Shown here: piece by piece, positions 38,726-47,649 of the stretch
Layout: every line of letters starts with the position of its first letter
Position numbering within the stretch: position 1 is the stretch's first letter
From: an uncultured Verrucomicrobiae bacterium
GTDB lineage: Bacteria; Verrucomicrobiota; Verrucomicrobiia; Limisphaerales; JAFGQR01
NCBI GenBank assembly: GCA_963788655.1
Contig: CAWBHS010000092.1
Coordinates: 1 to 47,649 of the forward strand
DNA length: 47,649 bases
Direction: 5' to 3'
Notes under the pieces: model-generated
What the model was told of the DNA's origin: nothing
The model's input: the letters and a program-made list of their open reading frames with translations, nothing else
Databases searched by the model: none
Translations under genes and position numbers: made by a program

Positions 38726-39808
38726 GTGCTTGAAATTCTGATTCAACGATTGGCCAATGCGCAACCGCTGACCAGGGAAGAAGTGTGTCAAGCGGTGGCG
38801 AGGCTGACCGATGAAACCGTGGCGGTGAAAACCAAAGCCGAGTTTCTGACCGCTTTGGCCAACAAAGGGGAAACGGCGGAAGAGATCGCCGCGTTCGCCC
38901 ACGAGCTTCGGGAGCGGGCCATTCAACCACCCTTGCATCCCGAAACCCGCGCCCGCGAAATCCTGGATGTAGTGGGCACCGGTGGCGACCGCCTGCGCAC
39001 GTTCAACATCTCCACGACCACGGCGTTGGTGACGGCTTCCGCCGGCGTAACCGTTGCCAAGCACGGCAATCGGGCCATTACCTCGCAGACCGGCAGCGCC
39101 GACGTGCTCGAGGCCCTCGGCATTCGGATTGACCTGACCCCGCAGCAGGCGGCGCAATCGCTGCACGACCATGGGTTCGCTTTCTTTTTTGCCCCGGCCT
39201 ATCACCCGGCTTTCAAGCATATCGGTCCCGCCCGCAAGCTTTGCGCGGAGCGGGGGCAGCGCACCATTTTCAATTACTTGGGCCCCTTGTTGAATCCCGC
39301 CCGGCCGACTGCGCTGCTGCTCGGGGTGCCGCAGCCCCGGCTTTGCGAGCCGATTGCCCGCGTGTTGCAATCCCTTGGCGTGCGGCGCGGCATGGTGGTC
39401 AGCGGCAAGGTTGAAGTCATGGCTCCGGATTCAGCAACGAAAGCGAAAACGGAGCCGGCCTGGATGGACGAGTTGTCATTGTTGGGGGAAACCACCGTGG
39501 CCGAGTTCTATCAGGAACGCGGCTTTGCGTTGTCCACGATTTCCAGCGAACATTTTCCCGTGCAACCCGCCCTACTGGCCGATTTGGTGGGCGGTGACCG
39601 TGAGGCCAACGCGGAAACTATTCGCCGCTTGCTCAATGGCGAGGAACGCGGGCCCAAGCGGGACGCCGTGCTTCTGAACACCGCCGCCGCCCTCTGGGTG
39701 GCCGGTAAAGTGCGCGCGCTGAGTGACGGTTGGGATTTGGCAGCCGAATTGATCGACAGCGGCCAAGCCCGTGCGAAACTGGAGCAACTAGTGGCGGCCC
39801 ATCACTAG
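38726..39808 (+). CDS. trpD: Anthranilate phosphoribosyltransferase
   Basis: KGETAEEI, DVVGTGGD, FNISTT, VAKHGNRAITSQTGSADVLEALG, RTIFNYLGPLLNP, MDELS. Confidence 0.96.
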   Translation: MLEILIQRLANAQPLTREEVCQAVARLTDETVAVKTKAEFLTALANKGETAEEIAAFAHELRERAIQPPLHPETRAREILDVVGTGGDRLRTFNISTTTALVTASAGVTVAKHGNRAITSQTGSADVLEALGIRIDLTPQQAAQSLHDHGFAFFFAPAYHPAFKHIGPARKLCAERGQRTIFNYLGPLLNPARPTALLLGVPQPRLCEPIARVLQSLGVRRGMVVSGKVEVMAPDSATKAKTEPAWMDELSLLGETTVAEFYQERGFALSTISSEHFPVQPALLADLVGGDREANAETIRRLLNGEERGPKRDAVLLNTAAALWVAGKVRALSDGWDLAAELIDSGQARAKLEQLVAAHH

Positions 39809-39824
39809 GTCATTGCCTTCGTAA

Positions 39825-40352
39825 ATGGAACACGTGCTCACCAACCACTCGCAAGAACTTACCGCCCGTTCGGCCGAGCCCCGGCCACCGGTGCTGGCTT
39901 CGGTGATGTCCGAAAAGGAAGGGGCGAGCAGCGATCAAACGACGGACGGCAGTCGGACCCGCCTGCCAGTTGGACTGTGGTTGGGAATTCTGGCGCTCAT
40001 GGGGATTTGCGGGGCCTTGTTGTATTGGTTCCCGCCGGAGCAATATGCGCTCTATCCGCACTGTTTGTTTTACTCCTGGACCGGTTGGCAGTGTCCTGGC
40101 TGCGGCGGGCTTCGCGCGGCGCACCAACTGTTGCACGGGCACATCGCGGCGGCGTTGCACTTGAACCCGTTGCTGTTTGTGCTCCTGGCGCTGGCCGGGA
40201 TTTACACCGGTGGGAGATTGTTGAGTTTGTTGACCCACCGGGATTGGCTCCGCTGGTTGCGCCATCCGTTCTGGCTGTGGTTGCTCCTGGGCTTCACCCT
40301 GGTGTTCACCCTCGTGCGCAATTTGCCACCGGGCTTTTGGAACAGGTTTTGA
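39825..40352 (+). CDS. DUF2752 family membrane protein
   Basis: C.FYSWTGWQCPGCGGLRA...LLHG...A...NPL, TM segments, and C-terminal VRNLP. Confidence 0.88.
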   Translation: MEHVLTNHSQELTARSAEPRPPVLASVMSEKEGASSDQTTDGSRTRLPVGLWLGILALMGICGALLYWFPPEQYALYPHCLFYSWTGWQCPGCGGLRAAHQLLHGHIAAALHLNPLLFVLLALAGIYTGGRLLSLLTHRDWLRWLRHPFWLWLLLGFTLVFTLVRNLPPGFWNRF

Positions 40353-40369
40353 GGGGGGCGCGTCCTGAC

Positions 40370-41103
40370 GTGAAATATAATGCCCGATCTACCGCCGCCT
40401 CGCTGGCGCGTCCTTTCGTACTCGTGAACATGGCGATGACTGCCGACGGCAAGATTGCGACGGCCAATCGCGCGATTGCCTCGTTCACCAGCCGTCGGGA
40501 CCGGGAACATCTGCTGGAATTGCGAGCCACCGCGGATGCGGTGATGGCCGGCGCCCGGACAATCGATTTGAACAAAGTGAACCTTGGACCCGGCCCGACC
40601 AAGTATCGGCGGCTGCGGGTGCGACGCGGGCTGGCCGAGTATAATCTGCGCATCATCGTCAGCGGCTTGGGATCGGTTGATCCGCAAGCAACCATCTTCC
40701 GCCGTTCGTTTCATCCATCATTGTCCTGACCACCGAAAAAATTTCGAAAGCCAACCGACTGGGGCTCGAAGCCGTGGGGGCGAAGGTAAAGATCTGTGGC
40801 CGGAAAGAAATTGATTTTCATGCGGCCTTGGCGTGGCTGCGCGAACACTGGCAGGTGCAGCGTCTGTTGTGCGAAGGCGGCGGCGAATTGAATGCCGCGT
40901 TGTTCCGGGCCGGACTGGTGGACGAACTGCATTTGACCATTGCTCCCAAAATTATTGGCGGACGGCACGCGCCCACGATCGCGGACGGGATTGGTTTTAC
41001 CCAACTGACGCAGGCATCACGACTGGAATTGCGATCCCTGAAGCGCGCCGGTGAGGAAGTGTTCTTGGTTTACGACGTTGGGAGAAATGGCAATGGGGGC
41101 TGA
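40370..41103 (+). CDS. RibD C-terminal-like pyrimidine reductase; frameshift near 40705-40715
   Basis: RPFVLVNMAMTADGKI, LRATADAVMAGART. After the shift: IIVLTTE...LLCEGGGELNAALFRAGLVDELHLTIAPKIIGG. Confidence 0.85.
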
Positions 41104-41108
41104 ACTCC

Positions 41109-41352
41109 GCAACGTGCTGCCGGCGTCCCGCCGGCAGAAACGATCGCGGGACCGCGGTTCGAATATCAACGGGGACTGAACTCCGCGGCGACCGTTCCAA
41201 ACTACCGCCAAGATGCCGGCAGCACGCTGGGCAATGTGCTGCCGGCGTCCCGCCGGCAGAAACGACCCCGGGACCGCGGTTCGAATATCAACGGGGGGCT
41301 GAACTCCACAGCGACCGTTCCAACTGCCGGCAAGATGCCGGCAGCACGTTGC
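41109..41352. repeat. Two tandem ~122-bp REPIN-like units, each bounded by inverted family-B REPs
   Basis: Units 41109-41229 and 41231-41352 are nearly identical, including their interiors. Arms are caacgtgctgccggc and gccggcagcacgttg. Confidence 0.85.
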
Positions 41353-41356
41353 GAAG

Positions 41357-41491
41357 CAATGGCCAACACCCAATGACCAAAGACCAAAGAAGTTCCAAGA
41401 GCCAAAGTGAACTCGAAACGCGTGTTACCCATTCGCCAGGCATTGGATATTGATGATTGATGATTCTCTGGTGCTTGGGTTTTGGCCATTG
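41357..41491. repeat. Inverted-repeat element built from 7-nt periodic motifs
   Basis: Ends caatggccaacaccca / tgggttttggccattg (15/16 inverted match). Left arm ccaatga-ccaaaga-ccaaaga; right arm ttggata-ttgatga-ttgatga. Confidence 0.6.
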
Positions 41492-41580
41492 GTCCTTCGT
41501 CCGCGGGCATTCTAACTGGAACTTGCCGTCTTGCCATTCGTTAGGGAGAGGACCAGATTGAAGCCACGACTATTTCAGTT

Positions 41581-41997
41581 ATGAAAACTCAATTCGTTGC
41601 TTCCTTAACGGTATTCCTTCTGTGTCTCAGTGCGGCGGCTCAGTCGCGAATCCTCACTGTCATTCAGACCGAAGATAATCAGAGCCGGGACATTGCCATC
41701 AGCGCCTCGGAAACGCTGGAAATCCTGACCGCCTACGATTTTTATGGTGCTGCCAGTTCGCTGGGTTGCACCAAGTCAAAGGTTCAGTTCTACGTGGTAC
41801 CGGGACATGCCGCGGGTGGGGCGCCGCAATGCACGCCGTATCCCCTGGTCCTGGCCGGCCCCGCGGAACTCTCGATTCAATCCGGCAACACGCAAGGTTC
41901 CCGCACCGAGAACACCCCATTATTGGTCACCTTGAAAATCACCCGGTCCGAAGCCAGTCCGGCCCCGGCCAAGCCCGTTGCGAAAGAATCCAAGTAG
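41581..41997 (+). CDS. Small secreted hypothetical protein
   Basis: Clear signal peptide MKTQFVASLTVFLLCLSAAAQ; 138 aa, beta-rich, with a low-complexity PAPAKP tail. Confidence 0.7.
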   Translation: MKTQFVASLTVFLLCLSAAAQSRILTVIQTEDNQSRDIAISASETLEILTAYDFYGAASSLGCTKSKVQFYVVPGHAAGGAPQCTPYPLVLAGPAELSIQSGNTQGSRTENTPLLVTLKITRSEASPAPAKPVAKESK

Positions 41998-42104
41998 CGC
42001 GCCGCGCGAATGGACTCAATCGAGGAGGTCAACGTGAGGGCGAAAGGAATTGTGCGGATGCGCTTCCGCACAGTCACCATATCGTTGAGGGGTGTCGTCG
42101 TGGC

Positions 42105-44142
42105 TCAATTGCCCCACCACTGGTCGGGCCAGCCTTCCTTGACGCGATAAAAACGATGCATGCCGGGCGTCTCCGTTGAAATCAGTGAACTCGAACCCGC
42201 CCGGCCCAGCCGTTTCGGAGTGCATGGGAAACCAATTGGCCGGCGATCCCAAATCGTCTGTAGCTTCAACCGTGTACGGCCGTCCGGTTTCACCCCAGAC
42301 GTGGATCCGGAAGTTGCCGTTCACCGGCGACAGTACTTCCAACACTGGACGGATGGGTTCTCCAGTGGTCTGTAACGTAAACCGGGTTTCCGCCAGGTAG
42401 GCGGCTCCCCCAATAACTTCCGGATAAGTTGTCAGGTCCAGGGCCACCAGTTTTACGAAGGTGATTTGACCACGATACATGCGGCCGGGCGCCAGCGTGT
42501 TGGCGGGGAGCAACAGCGAGGTGGCCGTGCCATTCAAATCACCGGGGAAGGCATCCTGTTCATAGACGGTTTGTTCAAAATCGTTCTCGATCTCGACGAG
42601 GATGACATCGTTAGCCGTGCCGTCGGCAAACGCTTCCCAAGACAACGTAAAGTCGTTGCTGGCATCAATAGTCTGGGTGCCCGAATAGTTGAGAATTGTC
42701 GGTGCGTTGGGATAGAGTCCGCCGGTCAGAACCAACTCGAAGGCCCGCGTGCCGTCGTGCGCGGTGTCCAACGTGATGGTGTACGAGCCGTCCGGGAAAA
42801 AGCCATCGAGTTCGGTCGCGGCCGTATAACCGGCGGTCAATTCGATTCCATCCTCTACGTCTTCCAGCGGAAGTGGGACGGAGCGTCCCGCCGGAGTTGC
42901 CACCAGGCCATTGGTCACGCTGTTCCACGTATTCAGGTCAATAAACAAGCCGGCGAATTGATGTTCGAGGTCGATGGCCGTGTCATTGGTTTGCGCATAA
43001 TCGCGGCCTTTGACGAAAAAGACGTTTCTCACGTCGGTGGGAACACTGGTTTCGGACGAAGTCGTGAATTGGCCGGAGACCGTGGGCAACACTTGGTCGG
43101 CTTGATCGCGGAAGTTTTGCGACTGCCCGGACGGATTCAACGTCCAGGTGATGGTTTCCCCGGTCGGCAATGGATCATTATAAACGCAATACAACACGCG
43201 CTGATCTTCGCTCCAGGTTTTGCTGAAATTCGAAGCGGTGACATTGGGACTCCAGCCAATCGAATCCTGGCCGTTCATCGGTTTGTTAAACGTGAAGGTG
43301 ATCACGGAATTGCGCGGTACCTCGTTGCGCATGTCTTGCGGGCTGCTGGCCAGTAAGTTCGGCGCCGTTGAGGCATCCACCCCGCTCGCAGCCAGGGCGA
43401 ACTGCATCTCTTTGAAGTATCCCGCCAGACCAATTGCTCCCGGATAGCTGAGCACGTCCGCGACGGTGACCCTCGCAAACAACAGCCGGGCCTGATACGT
43501 CCGGCCGGCATTGAGCGTCATGGCCGGGATGGTCACCTGGGTGGAAAGGCCATTCAACGCTCCGGGTTCTCCCGGCCCCGGGGAGTCGAACACCCCGTTC
43601 CCCATCTCATCTTCAATCGAGAATTCGACAAAATCATTCACCGCGCCATCCACAAAGGGCGCCCAATTCACCGTAAATGGCGCGTTGGGATCAAGGTGTT
43701 GCGCGGCATCGAAATTCAGGACGAACGGCGCGTTGGGATACGCATCACCGGAGATCGCCAAATCCACCTGTTGCACACCGTCATTCACGGTGTAAAACGT
43801 GGCCCGGTAGGTACCACTCGGATACGCGTCATTCAACTCCGGCAGGAATTCAAACGAGTCGTTGAATTCCGGACCGGGGAGCGTCAGGATTTCCCCGTTT
43901 GGTTTGCCGAGCGTACCGTTGGTCACCGCCGTTTCCGAAGCCAGTTCAGCAAAGGCGGTGAAGACCATCGGCGCCTCTTCATTGAGAAACGAAGCGGCGG
44001 CGTTCAATTGCACAAAGTTTTGCCCCTTGAACGCGCCGAATAGCTGCACATCGGTGGCTCGGGCTTCGGAAGCCAACGCCGCCAGCAGGAAAACAACCAG
44101 CGAACCAATCAAAAAACGAAGGTTTAAGGTAATAATTTTCAT
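42105..44142 (-). CDS. Secreted protein with a duplicated ~225-aa domain flanking an SbsA/Big_5 Ig-like domain, plus a C-terminal domain; frameshift near 42170
   Basis: Signal MKIITLNLRFLIG...EARA. Two TDV...KG..(F/Y).Q...VTNG...YPNAP...LNG...YP...G.A.Y units. APNLLASSP...ITFTFNKPM. The natural terminus TPGMHRFYRVKEG...WWGN lies in ORF 42105..42293. Confidence 0.8.
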
Positions 44143-44286
44143 CGCAATTAAAACATACTTGCGGCCACGCCAAAAGCCGCCGCCCACACGACGGCACACT
44201 ATCAGTAATCGACAGTCGCGGGAATGAGTTGAACGTTGATCGGTGCGGTCCACCCAAGCTGGGTCATTGCGTCCCGCCTGGCCTAA

Positions 44287-44418
44287 GCGCCTGTTTGAAA
44301 AATGGTAGCAGCCGACGTAAGGAGGCTCATTCATTTTGGGCGTGGTACGATTTTCCGAGGAAAAATGAGCCTCCACACGTCGGCTGCAACGGACCGGCTG
44401 GAGTTTTAAAACAGGCGC
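44287..44418. mobile_element. Putative MITE (132 bp) with 15-bp terminal inverted repeats and TAA flanks, containing a GTAG-type REP doublet
   Basis: TIRs gcgcctgtttgaaaa / ttttaaaacaggcgc (14/15). TAA at 44284-86 and 44419-21. Internal inverted repeat 44305-44331 / 44364-44390 (24/27). Confidence 0.6.
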
Positions 44419-44584
44419 TAAACGCCGAAAGCGAGGCCAGCGCGCCAGGAACACCCCGTGACCAGTGAACGTCTTGGTCACGTTCGGGACCGGCGGGAAG
44501 GCGCTCCGGTCGGGGCTACTTCGCCGTTCTGCGCGAAATATCCAGGCTTGCTCAACCGGGCAATTTCGTGGCAGACATGCCGGC

Positions 44585-46012
44585 ATGAACATCGCGACTT
44601 TGTTACTGCTTGCTCGCTTCCGCTCAACTCTGCTCGCGCTGACAATCAGCCTGACGGTGGTATTGGGGACCGCCACTGCCGTCGCCGCGGCTTCCACGGC
44701 GGAGGCCATCCAGCCGTGGCTGAAAAATCCGCGTTATTGGCAATACCACGGCGAACCGGTGTTGCTGCTGGGCGGCTCGAAGGATGACAACTTGTTTCAA
44801 CTGCCCGACCTCAAGGCGCACCTGGACGCCATGGCCCAAGTCGGCGCGAATTACATTCGCAACACCATGAGCGACCGCCCCGACAAGGGCTTCGAGGTGT
44901 ATCCGTTCAAGAAATTGCCCAACGGCAAATACGACCTGGAGCAATGGAATGACGAATATTGGCAGCGCTTCGAAAACCTGCTGCGCTGGACCAAGGAACG
45001 CAACATCGTGGTGCAGATCGAAGTTTGGGACCGGTTCGATTACTCGCGCGACAATTGGGAAGTCCATCCTTATAATCCGAAGAACAACATCAATTACACC
45101 TACGCGCAGTCGGGTTTTGCCCAGCATTATCCCGATCACCCGGGCGCCAACAAACAGCCCTTCTTTTTTACGACCCCCAAGCAGCGCAACAATACGGTGG
45201 TTTTCAAATACCAACAACGATTCGTGAACCAGATGCTGGCGCACTCGTTGCCGTACGATCATGTGCTGTATTGCATGGACAACGAAACTTCCGGCGAGGA
45301 GCAGTGGGGCGCGTATTGGGCTGAGTGGATTCACCAGCGGGCCCGACAAGCCGGCAAGCGGGTGTGCGTGACGGAAATGTGGGACGATTGGAACCTGAAG
45401 GCCGAGCGCCACCGCCGTACCCTGGACCACCCGGAGCGTTATGACTTTGCCGACGTCTCCCAGAACAATCAGCAGAAAGGGCAAATTCACTGGGACAATT
45501 TCCAATGGGTCTGGCGCCACCTTGCCAAGCAACCGCGTCCCTTGAACACCGTCAAAACGTACGGCGCTGACGGCGGTCCGTTTGGCAACACGCAGGACGG
45601 TCTCGAACGCTGGTGGCGGCATCTTATCGGCGGGGCGGCGGCGGTGCGCTTTCATCGACCGACTTCCGGATTGGGATTGTCCGCCCCGGCGCAAGCTTCG
45701 ATCCGCGCCGCCCGGAAACTGGAATCGCTCATCAAGCTGTGGGACGTCAACGCCGCCAATGATTTGCTTTCCGACCGCAGTGCCAACGAGGCCTACCTCG
45801 CGGCCAAGCCCGGTCAATTCTATGCCCTCTATTTCACCAACGGCGGCGCGGTGGGCCTGAACCTACGCGATGCCCAAGGATCGTTCCGTCTGCGTTGGAT
45901 TGACATTTCCAAGGGCGAGTGGGGCAAACAGGAAACCGTGTCTGGCGGCAAGGTCGTCCAGTTGGCTGCGCCCGGCAAGGGCAACTGGGTGGCGGCACTG
46001 GTGCGGAACTGA
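44585..46012 (+). CDS. Secreted glycoside-hydrolase-like protein (DUF4038/GH5-like TIM barrel) with a C-terminal collagen-binding-like beta domain
   Basis: Signal peptide, [50 protein letters not shown], and C-terminal [11 protein letters not shown]...RWIDI..GEW. Confidence 0.8.
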   Translation: MNIATLLLLARFRSTLLALTISLTVVLGTATAVAAASTAEAIQPWLKNPRYWQYHGEPVLLLGGSKDDNLFQLPDLKAHLDAMAQVGANYIRNTMSDRPDKGFEVYPFKKLPNGKYDLEQWNDEYWQRFENLLRWTKERNIVVQIEVWDRFDYSRDNWEVHPYNPKNNINYTYAQSGFAQHYPDHPGANKQPFFFTTPKQRNNTVVFKYQQRFVNQMLAHSLPYDHVLYCMDNETSGEEQWGAYWAEWIHQRARQAGKRVCVTEMWDDWNLKAERHRRTLDHPERYDFADVSQNNQQKGQIHWDNFQWVWRHLAKQPRPLNTVKTYGADGGPFGNTQDGLERWWRHLIGGAAAVRFHRPTSGLGLSAPAQASIRAARKLESLIKLWDVNAANDLLSDRSANEAYLAAKPGQFYALYFTNGGAVGLNLRDAQGSFRLRWIDISKGEWGKQETVSGGKVVQLAAPGKGNWVAALVRN

Positions 46013-46014
46013 AT

Positions 46015-47649
46015 ATGAGCTATCAACCGATCGAGAACTACGGGATTATTGGCGATCTGCACACCACGGCGTTGGTGGGCATGAATGGGTCCATTGACTT
46101 CATGTCTTTTCCGCAATTCGATTCGCCCACGATTTTTGCCGCCTTGCTGGACGAACGCAAAGGCGGGCGTTTCCAGATTTCACCGCAGGCGGAGCAGGTG
46201 ACGTGCAAGCAATTGTACATGCCGGATTCGAATATCCTACTGTCGCGTTTTCTCAGCCATGACGGCGTGGCCGAGGTGTCGGACTTCATGCCCATCAGGA
46301 TATGGGCCATGCGCACAACCTGGTGCGGCGCGCCAAGGCGGTGCTGGGGGAAACCCGTTTCGTGATGACCTGTGCGCCGCGTTTTGATTACGGCCGCGCG
46401 TCGCATCGCGTGGAACAGAAGGACGGCGAAGTCCTGTTTATTTCGGAAGGCCAGGACGGCACGGCCTTGCGGCTCCGCACCAAAGTGCCGGTGCGGATCG
46501 AGAACGGCGACGCCATCGCGGAGTTTACGTTGCGGGATGGGGAAACAGCGGCGTTTATCCTCGAAGAAGCGGTGTCGGGCCAGGAATCGCCATCCGGTGG
46601 GAAGGCTTACGAAGTTGAGACCTTCAAGGAGACATTGAACTTTTGGCAGCGCTGGATGGGCCGCTCGAAGTACCGCGGCCGCTGGCGGGAGATGGTGGGC
46701 CGTTCGGCCATGACGCTCAAACTGCTGACCTCGGCGCCGCATGGTTCCATCGTGGCCGCCGCCACCTTCGGCTTGCCGGAGGAAATCGGCGGAGTCCGCA
46801 ACTGGGATTACCGCTACACCTGGATTCGCGATGCGTCCTTCACCCTCTATGCGTTCATGCGCCTGGGATACACGGACGAGGCGGCGGCAGTTCATGAGCT
46901 GGATCGAGGATCGATGCGCCGAACTGAAACCCGGATGGCCACTGCAGGTGATGTATGGAATGGACGGGCGGCACGACTTTGCCGGAAGAGGAACTCTCCC
47001 ATCTGGAAGGATACCGGCAATCCAGCCCGGTGCGCATCGGCAATGCCGCCGCACGACCAGCTTCAACTCGATATCTACGGCGAGCTGATGGATTCGGTTT
47101 ACATCTACAACAAATACGGCGAGCCCATCTCCTACGATTTCTGGGTGAACCTGGTGCGGTTGATCGACTGGGTGTGCGAGCAACTGGCGAAGCCGGACGA
47201 AGGCATCTGGGAGGTGCGCGGCGGTGCCCATGAATTTCTCTACTCGCGGGTCATGTGCTGGGTGGCGATTGATCGCGGCATCCGGCTGGCCCACAAGCGA
47301 TCATTCCCGGCTCCGTTGCGAACGATGGTACGAAGTGCGGGACGAGATTTACCGCGACATTTATCACAACTTCTTGGAATCCGGAACTCAAGAGCTTCGT
47401 TCAGTACAAAGGCGCCAAGGCGGTGGATGCCGCCGTGCTGCTGATGCCGCTGGTGAAGTTCATCGGTCCGAACGATCCGCGCTGGTGTTCCACCCTGGCG
47501 GTGATCGACAACGTTTGACTGGTGGAGATTCGCTGGTGTATCGCTATAATAGTCATGCGCGGCGCCGGACGACCGGTTTTCCCGGACGCGAAGGCACGTT
47601 CTCCATGTGTTCGTTCTGGAACGTCGAGTGTCTGTCGCGCTCGGGCGAT
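46015..47649 (+). CDS. GH15 family (glucoamylase/trehalase-like) protein, multiply frameshifted and 3'-truncated
   Basis: [17 protein letters not shown]...[13 protein letters not shown]...[51 protein letters not shown], spread over several frames. Confidence 0.88.

Noticed and set aside
41096..41352. CRISPR array or tRNA (contains GGTTCGAAT)
   Set aside because: The interiors of the units are near-identical rather than unique spacers, there are only two units, no cas genes are present, and no cloverleaf can be formed.
44143..44709. 189-aa N-terminal extension of ORF 42016..44709
   Set aside because: It runs through the MITE/REP and overlaps the divergent gene; the signal peptide begins at 44142.
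5869..47294. Long antisense or alternate-frame ORFs (e.g. 5869..7164, 12519..13763, 19416..20945, 27043..27972, 44624..45817, 46038..47294)
   Set aside because: These are shadow ORFs opposite well-supported genes, expected in high-GC DNA, and carry no recognisable motifs.
1..47649. Frameshifts near 960, 30075, 30195, 40710, 42170 and many in 46300-47600 read as pseudogenisation or programmed frameshifting
   Set aside because: They are isolated indels in otherwise intact genes, show no slippery-site pattern, and become denser at the window end, which is typical of long-read consensus error. Read-level checking is needed to confirm.

Overview
A GC-rich (about 60%) bacterial chromosomal segment, most consistent with Verrucomicrobiota (Pedosphaerales/Limisphaerales-like). 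This assignment is inferred from a PVC-type heme-c dehydrogenase, an H-X9-DG pseudopilin, large secreted proteins and dense REP-like palindromes. In order the window holds: a 5'-truncated alpha/beta hydrolase; a Calx-beta/beta-propeller surface protein; a ParE-type toxin-antitoxin pair; a PVC cytochrome-c dehydrogenase; a MetE-like Zn enzyme with a TIM-barrel isomerase; a partly decayed GH50/GH16 glycan cluster; ubiE/menG; a pseudopilin with a repeat surface protein; a PQQ-type beta-propeller / HemN-like radical SAM / chorismate-lyase-like operon; an MMPL(HpnN-like) / aromatic-Pro repeat protein / MlaEFD cluster; yebC; a YbjQ-family gene; TolC; sua5; trpD; DUF2752; a RibD_C reductase; two secreted proteins; a DUF4038-like hydrolase; and a 3'-truncated GH15. 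Five genes carry frameshifts that look like sequencing indels. No rRNA, tRNA, CRISPR array or transposase was seen. The best leads are the radical-SAM/chorismate-lyase-like operon, a candidate ~70-nt sRNA antisense to the MMPL 3' end, a C-terminal domain shared by three unrelated secreted proteins, the MMPL-repeat protein-Mla lipid-transport candidate, and a TAA-flanked MITE carrying a REP hairpin. All family calls come from motif recognition by eye, not from database searches.
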